Shown here one piece after another: positions 1 through 11,435 of a stretch of 64,000 nt of DNA. The number at the start of each line of letters is the position of its first letter. Position 1 is the first letter of the stretch. The notes under the pieces were generated by a model that saw only the letters and a list, made by a program, of their open reading frames with translations, was not told the origin of the DNA and did no database searches. The position numbers were made by a program, and so were the translations under genes. The DNA comes from Deltaproteobacteria bacterium (lineage in GTDB: Bacteria; Desulfobacterota; Desulfobulbia; Desulfobulbales; SURF-16), in the NCBI GenBank assembly GCA_016219175.1, contig JACRCD010000032.1, positions 1,963-65,962 on the forward strand. The letters run 5' to 3'.

Positions 1-46
1 AATGTGCTTCCGTCAGCTTATCTTCATCAATTATTTTCTCGGCCAT
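1..46 (-). CDS. 5' end of an unidentified CDS leaving the window (MAEKIIDEDKLTEAH...)
   Basis: Minus-strand ATG at 46-44 preceded by AGGAGG (complement of 51-56) with a 4-nt spacer. Only 15 codons are visible, so no family call is possible. Confidence 0.3.
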   Translation of the reverse strand, partial: MAEKIIDEDKLTEAH

Positions 47-365
47 ATCTCCTCCTTTTTTGACCATGCACGCCGTGACCGGGGGGAGCGGGAAACGGCT
101 CTCCCTCTCCCCTGGCACGGATGCCCTGCTGTTATCCAACACGCACGCCTGATGACCTGCATAGCAAGGAAGGTGCCGAGTGGCATGGATGAGGTAATAG
201 AAAATAAAAAAATCATGAAAACAATAAGTTAAATGATGCGTTGCGTTTTGAGTTCAGCGAAGAAGGGGAGAATAAGTCGGTAAACTGTATTTTTTGGTAT
301 CCAGTGCCGCCTTTAGTTGACACTCGGCATGGTTACATGATTACATGAAATCATGCCGACAACTG

Positions 366-498
366 GAGGCTTTTGCAAAATGGTCCTGAGTGTCATTCCG
401 AACGCAGTGAGGAATCTTTAATTACCATGAATTTATTAGATTTCTCCCTTCGGTCGAAATGACAGGAACCACTCTTTTGTTTATTTTGCACGAGACTC
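366..498 (-). repeat. Nested-palindrome repeat element, copy A (reverse orientation relative to copies at 39.7-43.0 kb)
   Basis: Contains gtcattccgaacgcagtgaggaatc ... gatttctcccttcggtcgaaatgac, flanked by ttttgcaaaat / ttattttgca outer arms. This is the same architecture as copies C, D and E. Confidence 0.8.
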
Positions 499-538
499 AA
501 CTGGTTGTGGAAAAAATGGTTTTTACAGGGGATAAAAA

Positions 539-3091
539 ATGGTGCTTGGCAAGAAGGCAAAGGAACTGCTGAGTCACATCAAACCACCAGGGGTGCAGGG
601 GAAATTCTTGATCGGCCTTGCTTTCATTCTTTTTCTCTTTTGCCTTTTCTGGTCCGTTATTATTTTTACGCAGCAGAAAAAACGTCTGCAGGAGGAGGCT
701 CTGAACAAGGCCGAGCTGGTTATGGCGGCGGTAGACGCCAATCGCGCCTATGTTCAGAAAATTTTGCGGCCCCGGATGTATGCCTTGCTGGGCCAGGACA
801 GCTTTGTCATCGAGGCCATGTCCACCTCCTACGTAACCCGCGTTGTCATGGATAACTTCAAGGAAGACCTGCCGGATATTTCCTACCGCCGGGTTGCCAT
901 CAATGCCAAGAACCCGAAATTCGAGGCGGACCAGCGGGAAAAGGAGATGATCCGCTATTTTAATGATCACCCCCAGGCCCTGTCATGGCAAGGCATCCGC
1001 ACGGTTGCCGGCGAACAGTATTTCATGAAATTCAGCCCGGTCCGCTATGACCAATCTTGTCTTCATTGCCACGGCAGACCCGAGGACGCGCCGCGGAGCA
1101 TTGTCGCAACATATGGCGGGACCCGGGGGTTTTTCATGAAGACAGACCGGGTCAGCAGCGTGGTCAGTGTCGCCATCCCCGTGGGCGAAGGCTTGCGCCG
1201 CATCGGTAAATTCGCCTTTTCCGTGTTCAGCACCGTGTTCCTCTCCTTTTTTTGCATGTACGCCCTCATCGCTTTTTTCTTCAACCGGCTCATCATCCAG
1301 AACATCCGTGCGTTGCTGGATATCTTCCGTCTGAATCTCACCGACCAGAAAGGCGAACAGCTCTTTCGCCAGGCACGGAGCCTGGATGAAATCGGGGAGC
1401 TGAATGCGACCGCAACCCTCATTGCCCGGCACTTGCAGGAAAACCGGCTGCAACTCACCGATTACGCGGAAAACCTGGAGGGAAAGGTCGAGGAACGAAC
1501 CAGGGCGCTCCAGGAGTCCCAGGACCAGCTGCGCAGGCAGATGCAGGAACGGAATCGTGAGCTCCGGACCTTGAATATCATCGCCGAACTCATCACCCAG
1601 TCCGTGGATCTTCGCGCCATTCTCCCCAAGGTTTTGCGGCAAACCCTGGAGGTGATCCCGGCAAGAGGGGCGGGGATATACCTGTTTCACCCGGATCGCC
1701 AGGGGCTTTCCCTGCAGTGCCATGATAACGCCCCCGAACTTGCCGCCTCCCTTTCCTGCGATGTGATTTCCCATCGGATTCTTACCGAGGTGGAGGGCAA
1801 TGCTTCCGCCTCCTCGACGATCTGTGAGGCTGCCTGTGGGGAGCTGAACTTCTTCACCTCCGATTCAGTCGGGGGGAAATGCCTCAACATCCCGCTCTGC
1901 TGCCGGAAGAGGATTCTCGGCATCATGACCTTCACGGGGTATGATGTAGGCGAAATTGACCCCAGGCACCGGGAGCTTCTTCTCTCCATCGGCCGTCAGG
2001 TCGGCGTTACCATGGAAAGCCTGCAGAACATGGCCAGCCTCATGCAGAGCAAGGAGCTTCTCCAGTCGGTTTTTGATGCGATCGCGGACCTCGTCATGCT
2101 GGTTTCGCCGGACGGATTTCTCCGCATGGTGAACAAGGCCTTTCTGGCCAGATATGGTTTTAGTCCGGACACCGTCCTCAACCGGCACATAGAAGAGCTG
2201 GCCAGGATGCAACCGGTCCCCTTCGAGCTGTTCAGCCATATTTTCCAGATTAAGCTGCTGGAGCCTGTTTCCGATTTCAGCAAACTCCCCAACGGCCAGA
2301 TTTTCGAGACCCACTTTTACCCGGCCCTTGATGATCAGGGCGAGCTGAAAAATGTAGTCTGTTACGCCAAGGACGTGACCCAGCAAAAACAGGTGGAGCA
2401 CCGCATGCAGCAGGCGGAAAAGCTGGTCGCCCTTGGGCAGCTGGCTGCCGGAGTCGCCCACGAAATCAACAATCCCCTCGGGATTATCCTCTGCTATACC
2501 GACTTGTTGAAAGAAGATTTTGCCGGCTTGCCGGATAAAATCGAAGACTTGGGCGTTATTGAAAAGCATGCGAAAAACTGCCAGCGTATTGTCCACGACC
2601 TGTTGAGCTTCGCCAGGAACCAGCAGACCACGAGGGCGCCCGGCTCACTGAATGCTATCATCGAACAGGTGATTTCCATGGTTGCCGGTCAACTTGCCAA
2701 GCAGGGAATAACCGTGGCGCGGAAATTGGACCCCGATATTCCCTTCCTTGACATGGATGGTGAAAAAATGAAGCAGGTTTTCATGAACCTGTTCATCAAC
2801 GCCGCCCAGGCCATCGGCGAAAAGGGAGAAATCAGCATTGAGTCGAACTGTCTGCGGACCAAGGGACAGGTGAGGATCGTTGTTCGTGATACGGGTCCCG
2901 GCATTGCCCCGGAGATCCAGCACAAGATCTTTGAGCCGTTTTTTACCACCAAGGGACCGAGGGACGGTACCGGTCTCGGTCTTTCCTTGAGCTATGGGAT
3001 CGTCCGTGACCATGGCGGGGAGATTTATGTCCGGAGCAAACCGGGGAAAGGCGCGGCCTTTATCATTATTCTGCCGCTCCCTGGAGCATGA
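539..3091 (+). CDS. Multidomain sensor histidine kinase: N-terminal TM, periplasmic CxxCH heme-c (Tll0287/DUF3365-like) domain, TM, HAMP/coiled coil, GAF, PAS, HisKA, HATPase
   Basis: 850-aa ORF with the CLHCH motif at 1058-1072, a hydrophobic segment [24 protein letters not shown] and a coiled coil ([34 protein letters not shown]). H-box [13 protein letters not shown]-box [11 protein letters not shown] and G-boxes DTGPGI and GTGLGLS are present. Confidence 0.85.
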   Translation: MVLGKKAKELLSHIKPPGVQGKFLIGLAFILFLFCLFWSVIIFTQQKKRLQEEALNKAELVMAAVDANRAYVQKILRPRMYALLGQDSFVIEAMSTSYVTRVVMDNFKEDLPDISYRRVAINAKNPKFEADQREKEMIRYFNDHPQALSWQGIRTVAGEQYFMKFSPVRYDQSCLHCHGRPEDAPRSIVATYGGTRGFFMKTDRVSSVVSVAIPVGEGLRRIGKFAFSVFSTVFLSFFCMYALIAFFFNRLIIQNIRALLDIFRLNLTDQKGEQLFRQARSLDEIGELNATATLIARHLQENRLQLTDYAENLEGKVEERTRALQESQDQLRRQMQERNRELRTLNIIAELITQSVDLRAILPKVLRQTLEVIPARGAGIYLFHPDRQGLSLQCHDNAPELAASLSCDVISHRILTEVEGNASASSTICEAACGELNFFTSDSVGGKCLNIPLCCRKRILGIMTFTGYDVGEIDPRHRELLLSIGRQVGVTMESLQNMASLMQSKELLQSVFDAIADLVMLVSPDGFLRMVNKAFLARYGFSPDTVLNRHIEELARMQPVPFELFSHIFQIKLLEPVSDFSKLPNGQIFETHFYPALDDQGELKNVVCYAKDVTQQKQVEHRMQQAEKLVALGQLAAGVAHEINNPLGIILCYTDLLKEDFAGLPDKIEDLGVIEKHAKNCQRIVHDLLSFARNQQTTRAPGSLNAIIEQVISMVAGQLAKQGITVARKLDPDIPFLDMDGEKMKQVFMNLFINAAQAIGEKGEISIESNCLRTKGQVRIVVRDTGPGIAPEIQHKIFEPFFTTKGPRDGTGLGLSLSYGIVRDHGGEIYVRSKPGKGAAFIIILPLPGA

Positions 3092-3120
3092 AAAGAACTG
3101 CGCGACAGGAGGGAGGGACT

Positions 3121-4569
<1,449 letters not shown>

Positions 4570-4597
4570 ACCGGCCGCATAAGGGAAACGGCGTAAC

Positions 4598-5053
4598 ATG
4601 AAAATATGGGTCGACGCGGATGCATGCCCGGTGGTGATCAAGGATATTTTGTTCAGGGCGGCCATGCGAACCGGCATAGAGCTGACGCTTGTGGCAAATA
4701 AGCCTTTGCGTATCCCGCCCTCGCCGTGTATTAAAATGTTGCGCGTCACATCGGGTTTTGATGTCGCGGACAAGGAGATAGTAAAAAGACTTGACGCTGG
4801 TGATCTGGTCATCACCGCTGATATCCCTTTTGCCGCGGAGGTGATTGACAAGGGAGGTCATGCCCTCAATCCTCGAGGCGAACTGTATTCCGTTGACAAC
4901 ATTCGTGATCGTCTGGATGTGCGGGATTTCATGGATAGTCTGCGCAGTTGCGGAATCGAGACAGGCGGTCCGGCAGTCTTAAGTCAAAGTGACCGGCAAT
5001 CCTTTGCCAATAATCTGGACAAAATATTAACCAGGTATGCAAGAAATACATAG
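4598..5053 (+). CDS. YaiI/YqxD-family protein (UPF0178/DUF188)
   Basis: 151 aa beginning [22 protein letters not shown], the typical family N-terminus. Ends in TAG. Confidence 0.7.
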   Translation: MKIWVDADACPVVIKDILFRAAMRTGIELTLVANKPLRIPPSPCIKMLRVTSGFDVADKEIVKRLDAGDLVITADIPFAAEVIDKGGHALNPRGELYSVDNIRDRLDVRDFMDSLRSCGIETGGPAVLSQSDRQSFANNLDKILTRYARNT

Positions 5054-5091
5054 GACAAACCCCGCCGCTGGGTCAGTATGAGGATGGCATC

Positions 5092-5835
5092 ATGAAACCG
5101 AGAGTTAAAATAGCCGCGGCCCGGACCCCGGACGGCGGCGAGATGGGGCTTTATCAGCATGACCGTGATTTCTTTATCACGGTCAACGGTCTGGATCTGA
5201 TGAACAGCCGCCACCACGAGTCGGAACTGGAGCTGGCGCGGCTGGGCTGCGTCCATCTGGCCGGCCGCAAGGGGGCCTGCATCCTAATCGGCGGTTTGGG
5301 CATGGGCTATACCCTGCGCCAGGCCCTCGATATGCTCAGCCCCGATGCCCAGGTGGTGGTGGGCGAACTGCTCGCTGCCGTGGCCGGATGGAATCGTGAT
5401 TTTCTCGGGGTGCTTAACGGCCAGCCGCTGGGGGATAAACGGGTTGACCTCAGGATAGGGGATGTGGTCAAGCTCATCTCCAGCTCCAAGGGCGGATTCG
5501 ATGCGATCCTGCTGGATATCGATAATGGCCCAGGCGCGATAACCGATGCCGGGAACCGCAGATTGTACGGCCGCGATGGAATTCAGGCCTGCCGCCGGGC
5601 GTTGCGGGAACAGGGGTGTCTGGCGGTGTGGTCGGCCGGGCCGAGTAAGCAGTTTGAGCAGCTTTTGCTGAGTTGCGGCTTCCATGTGCGCCGTTACCAG
5701 GTCCCTGCTTACAAGGGCAGTAAATCGCAGTCGCGGTTTGTCTGGGTCGCCTCGGAGAACAAGCTTAACCTGCCCCCCGGCGGCGGCGAACCGCGCCGGC
5801 CGCGCAAGAATCCGCCCAAGGGCAACCGCGGCTAG
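5092..5835 (+). CDS. Spermidine-synthase-like / class I methyltransferase-fold protein
   Basis: 247 aa with LYQHDRDFFITVNG..LMNSRHHESELELARLG, a SAM-type glycine loop ILIGGLGMGYT and DAILLDIDNGP. Basic C-terminal tail. Confidence 0.5.
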   Translation: MKPRVKIAAARTPDGGEMGLYQHDRDFFITVNGLDLMNSRHHESELELARLGCVHLAGRKGACILIGGLGMGYTLRQALDMLSPDAQVVVGELLAAVAGWNRDFLGVLNGQPLGDKRVDLRIGDVVKLISSSKGGFDAILLDIDNGPGAITDAGNRRLYGRDGIQACRRALREQGCLAVWSAGPSKQFEQLLLSCGFHVRRYQVPAYKGSKSQSRFVWVASENKLNLPPGGGEPRRPRKNPPKGNRG

Positions 5836-5989
5836 CGCGTCGTGTTTTTCGCATCTTGAATCGGCTGTCTTCAGGCGCGGGAGGGGAGTCCATTCCTGGG
5901 AACCATCCGCGGAAATTGCCAGAAGAGAGGGGCAGGCTTGCGTTGCGCAGCATCGGCAATAACGCAAGCCAGCCCCTAGCAGCGCATGG

Positions 5990-6670
5990 TTAAGCCTTGC
6001 GGCGCATGACCACGAGGCCGGACAGGCAGGAGCCGAGCAGCCACGCGGCGCCCGGCAAGGGCACGGCGGCAGCCTGGGCCGCGGCCCCCATGGAGAAGTC
6101 ATAGGTCTGGTTGGCCAGCAGGTTGGCGGTGACACTTGCTGTGCCGAAGATGTCGCCCGAGTCGTAGCCGCCAAGCGACTTGAGGGTCAGCAGGTCGTTA
6201 AAGGCCGCCTCTCCCAGCAGGAGGAAGACGTAGCTGTCGCTGGAAGCGTGATTCCCGCCCACCTCGCCGAATAATTCATAGTCAAAGCTGATGGTTAGAT
6301 TCATGTCGTGGTCCGGGGTAAAGGCGCCGTAGAGTTCGGCGTAGGCGTAACCATAGCCATGGTCACCCACGTTGGCGAAGGCGCCGTCCATGCTGCCCAT
6401 GGTGTTGGCCAGCACCTCGGAGTTGGCGTTATAATCAGCCTGGAACAGGGGCGCGAAACCGTCGGCCTGCTGGCTGGTGTAGCCGCCGGCCAGGCCGGTT
6501 TCCACGAAGCTTTCCCGCAGATCCCAGGTGATGGGGCTGGAGAAGGTAAGGCTGTCCCAGTGGATGACGGCGTCGGCGGTGCCGAAGTCCGCCATGGCCG
6601 GAGTGACGTTCAGGGTCAGGATGGCAGCCGGGACCAGGGCGGTTAGAAAGCGTTTTATGTGCATGGTCAT
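5990..6670 (-). CDS. Secreted protein with a PEP-CTERM-like (VPLP-variant) C-terminal sorting signal
   Basis: Signal peptide (LVPAAILTLNVTPAMA). The C-terminus AAAVPLPGAAWLLGSCLSGLVVMRRKA reads as motif, TM helix and basic cluster. Confidence 0.6.
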   Translation of the reverse strand: MTMHIKRFLTALVPAAILTLNVTPAMADFGTADAVIHWDSLTFSSPITWDLRESFVETGLAGGYTSQQADGFAPLFQADYNANSEVLANTMGSMDGAFANVGDHGYGYAYAELYGAFTPDHDMNLTISFDYELFGEVGGNHASSDSYVFLLLGEAAFNDLLTLKSLGGYDSGDIFGTASVTANLLANQTYDFSMGAAAQAAAVPLPGAAWLLGSCLSGLVVMRRKA

Positions 6671-6789
6671 ATCCTCTTTTTATTTTTTTGCTGGACCTGG
6701 AGGCGGGAATTAAGCGCGCCTCCATAAGCGGACCGTTCCGGCAATCCAGGCCGGAACGATTTTTGTTTACATATTGATTCCGGGCGGGA

Positions 6790-8373
6790 CTATTTTACGT
6801 CCACAAAGATGGGGTTGGAGTAGAACCACAGGTCGGCCCAGGCTTCCACCTCGCCGTCGATGCCCAGCCCGGCGTGAACCAGGTTGTCGAACAGCGGATT
6901 ACCCATGTCGTCGGTCTCAAACGGGGTATTGGGGTTCAGGTTGTTGCCGCGCACGCGGAAGTACATGTCCTTGTTCACCCTCCGCAGCTGATAGGTACAC
7001 TCTGTGTAGCCGTCCTCGGTCACGGTCCAGGTGGTGGGGTCGTAGGTGGCTACGACCCGGGCGGTGGGATTTGTGCCCTGGCTGGTGTACTCCACCGTGC
7101 CCGGGGCGAGTTTGCCGGTCACCTCGCCGGCGATGAGCTGCACGTGCCGCACACTGGGTATGTCGCCGTGGTTGTTCACGTCCGGGCTCTTGAAGCGGAT
7201 GGTGACCTCGATCATGCCGTTGCGGCGCAGGTTCAGGGTCTCGCCCATGGTGGCGGAGGCGCCGCGGATACGATCCTTGACGGTGAATTGCAGTTCGTTG
7301 ATCAGGTCGCCGTAGACGATGAAGGAGTTGCCGGAGCGCAGGGAGGCCACAACGTCCTCGCCGTCGTACTCGCCGTTGTCATTCACATCAGTCACGTAGG
7401 AGTAGGTTCTCTGATATTCCCCGGGCCAGAAGTCGCCGCTGGTGGAATGGAAGTCGGAGCTGGCGAACAGCCAGAATTCGCGGCCTTCACCCAGCAGCGC
7501 GTCCCAAATGCTGCCCACGGTGGCGGCGAAGTAGCCCACCCCGCCGTAAGTGCCGCCGCCGTATGCGCCGGAACCATAGCCGCCGCGGCCGCTCTCCTTT
7601 TGGTGGCCGGGGGCGGATTCAAAGCCGAAGACCACATCCGGGCCGGCGTCGTTTAAGGTGCGGAAGAAATTGGGGCCGTAGCCCGAGGGGTTGCCGTCGG
7701 ACCAGTCCTTGTCAGCGGCGCGCTCGACGTGGGCCGGCACCATCCAGCCCTGGCCCGCGTAATTGGCCTGCATCCAGGCGGCGGCCTGGGCGGCCTTGGC
7801 CAGGTTGTTCGTGAAGTTCTTGGCCACGCCGTTATTGGCGGGGTCCTCGAAGCCGTAACCGCCGCCGGCGTCGGAGTCGCCTCTGTCCCACAGGTACTCG
7901 AACTGGGCGATGGCGAAACCGGTTGGGTCAACGATGGCGGTGGAGCAGTGCTCGGCGCCTGGCATGTTCAACTCCATACCGTTAATGAGGATTTTATCCG
8001 GAAAGGCGTCACGGTTGCGCTGCAGATAGGCGGGCGCCTTGTCGTCATCGGCCAGGGTCTGCCAGCGCCACAGGTTGTTGTCGCCGCTGGGCAGCGGGCT
8101 GCCCAGGCGAATGACCGCGGGCGTCACGTTCTTCCAGAGAGTGCCCACGTCGTTCTGGTCGGAGGTGCCGCCGTGCTCGGAGTTGGCCAGCCAATCCAGA
8201 CCGAAGCTGAAGCCATTTTCGTAAACCGTGTCGAAGTTGTTGCCGCCGTCGGTGAGCCAGGTGTGATTGTGGAAATCGCCGGCAATCCACTTGCCCTCCA
8301 GGGCCAGGGCAGGGGTGGCGGTCATGGCCGTCAAGGCTGCGGTGGCTAGAATTTTTTTAATGCATTTTTTCAT
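6790..8373 (-). CDS. Secreted PHP/CehA-like metallohydrolase-fold protein
   Basis: Signal peptide MKKCIKKILATAALTAMTATPALA. N-terminal GDFHNHTWLTDGG and NSEHGG resemble PHP-domain His motifs. Contains a Gly/Tyr-rich stretch (GGYGSGAYGGGTYGGVGYF). Confidence 0.45.
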   Translation of the reverse strand: MKKCIKKILATAALTAMTATPALALEGKWIAGDFHNHTWLTDGGNNFDTVYENGFSFGLDWLANSEHGGTSDQNDVGTLWKNVTPAVIRLGSPLPSGDNNLWRWQTLADDDKAPAYLQRNRDAFPDKILINGMELNMPGAEHCSTAIVDPTGFAIAQFEYLWDRGDSDAGGGYGFEDPANNGVAKNFTNNLAKAAQAAAWMQANYAGQGWMVPAHVERAADKDWSDGNPSGYGPNFFRTLNDAGPDVVFGFESAPGHQKESGRGGYGSGAYGGGTYGGVGYFAATVGSIWDALLGEGREFWLFASSDFHSTSGDFWPGEYQRTYSYVTDVNDNGEYDGEDVVASLRSGNSFIVYGDLINELQFTVKDRIRGASATMGETLNLRRNGMIEVTIRFKSPDVNNHGDIPSVRHVQLIAGEVTGKLAPGTVEYTSQGTNPTARVVATYDPTTWTVTEDGYTECTYQLRRVNKDMYFRVRGNNLNPNTPFETDDMGNPLFDNLVHAGLGIDGEVEAWADLWFYSNPIFVDVK

Positions 8374-8782
8374 GTTGTTCTCCTCTTTTTCATTTTCTGA
8401 TTTAGGTTTTCCACCGGCCAGGCCGGGGCGTTAGGATTCAAGATCATGAACGTTGCCAAAGTTCCATTTAGGAGCCGTTACGAAATAACTTGAACATTTA
8501 TATCTATTCCCTTACGGCTCCTTATGCCGCTCATGGGAATTTAATGACGATGATATTTTGTGACAGCGGCTTGGAGCCACTTTGAATAAAGTCAGCGACA
8601 TCCCCCGTCTGATTTCTATGGCTTATGAAAACATGAGGTTGTTAGTTTTGGATCATCTTCCCATTAAAAATCCGTTAAATCAGTCCCCTTCCAGCTGAGA
8701 TAATGCGAAACTCTAAACTCCAGTAAGGGGCTGCGGCGGATCGCAAAAAAACATTGATTTCCCCTCCGATGTTTATTATTTC

Positions 8783-9124
8783 TTGGCCATGGGAAGAGAC
8801 AGCGGTTATCTGCGATTACAGCGAAGGGTTATGCGGGGTCGTCCGCATCTGTTTTCGCTGTGCCTGGCAATGCTGCTTTTTGTTTCCCTCCTTGCCGGGA
8901 ATTTGCACCACCACCACGACATTGCGGAACATGGTGATTGCGTCATCTGTGTGTTCCTCCACCACTCCCCGGCCGAACCGGGGGCACCGTTTCTTCCGCC
9001 CCTACCCCCCCTCCCATCGCAACAACTCGTAACCATCCTGATTCTGGCGGCCATCATCACCCGGTCGGCCAGCACCATCCGTGAGCGTGCTCCTCCTTTT
9101 CATTCTCCTTGCCGTATCATTTAA
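8783..9124 (+). CDS. Small His/Cys-rich membrane-anchored protein (DUF2946-like); start possibly at 8831 (MRGRPHLF...)
   Basis: Hydrophobic N-terminus, then NLHHHHDIAEHGDCVICVFLHH. It lies immediately upstream of the barrel protein and metal ABC genes. Confidence 0.4.
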   Translation: MAMGRDSGYLRLQRRVMRGRPHLFSLCLAMLLFVSLLAGNLHHHHDIAEHGDCVICVFLHHSPAEPGAPFLPPLPPLPSQQLVTILILAAIITRSASTIRERAPPFHSPCRII

Positions 9125-9178
9125 CATCATTTTTTTTCGATACCGATTTTCGCGATTCACGCGACAAAGGAGAAGCGC

Positions 9179-10531
9179 ATGCGTATACGTATACTTTCCG
9201 CGGCCGTTTGTCTGGCCGCTCTTATGCCCTCTTCCGTCAGCCGGGCGGGGGACGATCTGCATTCACGTCTGGACAGGCTTGATGCCGAGCTCAGGCAGCA
9301 AGGGGAGATCATCAGGGAGCAGCAAAAGATTATCCAGGCCCTGAAGGAAGAGCTCAACAGGCAGCAAACCCGGGAGCTCACGCAGCCGAAGCAGGAAACT
9401 CAAGCCCCGGCTGCCACGGCAAAGGCAACCGGTTTTTTTGGCGGCAACGTTCTCACCAACCCGAATGTGGGGCTGGTGTTGGATACCTTTGCCTACACCT
9501 CCAATCTGGAAGACGATGAGCTGGAAAACCGGGGTATTGCCGGTTTCACCACCAGCGGGCTGGAACCGCGCCAAGGCTTTAACCTGCGGGCCGCCGAGCT
9601 TTTCATCTTTGCGCCGGTCGACCCCTATTTCAATCTCTACGCCAACCTGCCCATCACCGAGGATGGGGTGGAACTGGAAGAGGTCTATGCCGTGACCACC
9701 GCTCTCCCGGCGGGACTGCAAGTGAAGGGCGGCAAGTTCAAGAGTAATTTCAGCAGGTTGGATGCGCAGCATCCCCATGTCTGGGATTTTTACGATATAG
9801 CCTTGCCCTACCGCGCCTTTCTGGGGGATGAGGGGCTGGGAGGAGAAAAGGGAGTGCAGCTCACCTGTCTGCCCGCCTGGCCCGTCTATACCCAGTTCGG
9901 CGTTGAGGTTCTCCAGGGTGAAAATGATCTGCTCTTCGGCGCGGATGGTGCTTCCGGCCCCCACGCCTATTCTCTTTTCGTGAAAAACTCCATGGATATC
10001 ACGGACAACTCAACCCTCTATTTCGGGCCGTCCGTCCTGTTTGGCAAGACCCGAACCACGGGCATTGTTGACGGGGAGGAGTTTGCCGGCGACAGCGCCC
10101 TCTACGGACTGGAAGGGGTGTGGAAATGGAAACCGGACAGCCGGCAGGGGTTCACCCTGCAAAGTGAATACCTTTATCTCGACCAGCACGGCGATTTGAC
10201 CGACGAAACCACCGCCCTTAGCGACTCATTGCGCCGGGGTCAGGATGGTTTTTATGTGCAGGGCATGTATCAACTGGGGCGCTGGCGCTTTGGCGCCCGC
10301 TACGACATGCTGGAACTGTTTGCCGATCGTTTCGAGCTGGCCGGTGAAGAACAGGAGCTGGGAGAAACTCCCTGGCGGGCCAGCACCGCTCTTGAGTTCA
10401 ATCTCAGCGAATTCACCCGCCTGCGCTTCCAGTTCACCCATGATCGCTCCGGCCGGGATGACAGGAGCAACAACGAAGGTGTCCTGCAGCTTCTCTTCGG
10501 CATCGGCGCCCACGCCGCTCATTCATTTTAG
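9179..10531 (+). CDS. Outer-membrane beta-barrel (porin-like) protein with an N-terminal coiled coil
   Basis: Signal peptide, then a coiled coil (LDRLDAELRQQGEIIREQQKIIQALKEELNRQQ). The remainder has an alternating beta-strand pattern, and the C-terminus ends in aromatic F (AHAAHSF). Confidence 0.55.
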   Translation: MRIRILSAAVCLAALMPSSVSRAGDDLHSRLDRLDAELRQQGEIIREQQKIIQALKEELNRQQTRELTQPKQETQAPAATAKATGFFGGNVLTNPNVGLVLDTFAYTSNLEDDELENRGIAGFTTSGLEPRQGFNLRAAELFIFAPVDPYFNLYANLPITEDGVELEEVYAVTTALPAGLQVKGGKFKSNFSRLDAQHPHVWDFYDIALPYRAFLGDEGLGGEKGVQLTCLPAWPVYTQFGVEVLQGENDLLFGADGASGPHAYSLFVKNSMDITDNSTLYFGPSVLFGKTRTTGIVDGEEFAGDSALYGLEGVWKWKPDSRQGFTLQSEYLYLDQHGDLTDETTALSDSLRRGQDGFYVQGMYQLGRWRFGARYDMLELFADRFELAGEEQELGETPWRASTALEFNLSEFTRLRFQFTHDRSGRDDRSNNEGVLQLLFGIGAHAAHSF

Positions 10532-10543
10532 GAGATAATCACC

Positions 10544-11425
10544 ATGTGGAAAATAGTTCTCGTTGTATTGCTGACATTCACCGGCGCGAGCCCTGCCTGG
10601 GCCGAACTCAACGTGGTTGCCACTCTGCCCTGGATCGGCAGCCTGGCCAAGGAGATCGGCCAAGACAAAATCACGGTGACCACCCTGGTCAAGCCAAGCC
10701 AGGATCCGCACCTGGTCGAGGCAAAACCAAGCATGATCCTTGCCGGCCGTAAGGCCGATATCCTGATGTATAACGGCCTTGATCTGGAAATCGGTTATCT
10801 TCCCCTCATTCTGGAATCGTCCAGAAACCCGCGCATCGTACCGGGCCAACCCGGCAACCTCGACTGCTCCCGGTACGCGCAGGTCATCGAAAAATCGACC
10901 TCGGTCGACCGGAGCATGGGGGACGTGCATCCGCTGGGAAATCCCCACTATCATTTTTCCCCACCCAATATGCTGCGCGTGGCTTCGGGGATGACCGATG
11001 TTCTGGCTGGTTTGGACAGGAACAATGGGGATTTTTACCGGGAGAATTTCAAGATTTTTTCGCGCAAACTCGAGCAGCGGCTGAAAGATTGGCAAGCGCT
11101 TAACCCGCGGGGCAAGAAGTTCGTGGCCTACCATAAGCTGTTTGAGTATCTGGCGGCGGAATTCGGGTTGCGGATCATGGCCTACGTCGAGCCCAAACCC
11201 GGCATCCCGCCGTCAGCCGCGCATGTCGAGGGGTTAATTGACATCATGAAGAGCTCCAATCCAGCGGGCATTCTGACCACCGGTTATTACGGCAGAAAGG
11301 AGGCGGAATCGCTCGGCGGCAAGACCGGGGTCAAGGTCATCATCCTGCCCGCGGATGTCGGCGCCATGGAGGGGACGGAAGACTGGTTCGCCTTCATGGA
11401 CAAAACCCTCACTTCCCTGCCATGA
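10544..11425 (+). CDS. Metal (Zn/Mn/Fe-type) ABC transporter substrate-binding protein, ZnuA/TroA family
   Basis: Signal peptide, with SQDPHLVEAKPS, HPLGNPHYH and PKPGIPPSAAH motifs typical of cluster A-I binding proteins. Confidence 0.75.
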   Translation: MWKIVLVVLLTFTGASPAWAELNVVATLPWIGSLAKEIGQDKITVTTLVKPSQDPHLVEAKPSMILAGRKADILMYNGLDLEIGYLPLILESSRNPRIVPGQPGNLDCSRYAQVIEKSTSVDRSMGDVHPLGNPHYHFSPPNMLRVASGMTDVLAGLDRNNGDFYRENFKIFSRKLEQRLKDWQALNPRGKKFVAYHKLFEYLAAEFGLRIMAYVEPKPGIPPSAAHVEGLIDIMKSSNPAGILTTGYYGRKEAESLGGKTGVKVIILPADVGAMEGTEDWFAFMDKTLTSLP

Positions 11426-11435
11426 GAATGACGCA

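Noticed and set aside
113-130. Sigma54-type promoter suggested by CTGGCACGGATGCCCTGC
   Set aside because: The GC of the -12 element is not at the required 11-nt distance from the GG, there is no TTGC, and the nearest plus-strand gene starts more than 400 nt away.
2-232. 76-aa plus-strand ORF at the window start
   Set aside because: It has no RBS or motifs, and it overlaps the better-supported minus-strand start (ATG 46-44 with AGGAGG). It is probably non-coding leader or promoter DNA.
6734-6768. Hairpin cgttccggc-aatccag-gccggaacg followed by ATTTTTGTTT, resembling an intrinsic terminator
   Set aside because: The T-run is on the plus strand, whereas both flanking genes are on the minus strand, and on the minus strand no U-tract follows the stem. 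It may still stabilise the 3' end of the PHP-like mRNA, but it is not a supported terminator call.
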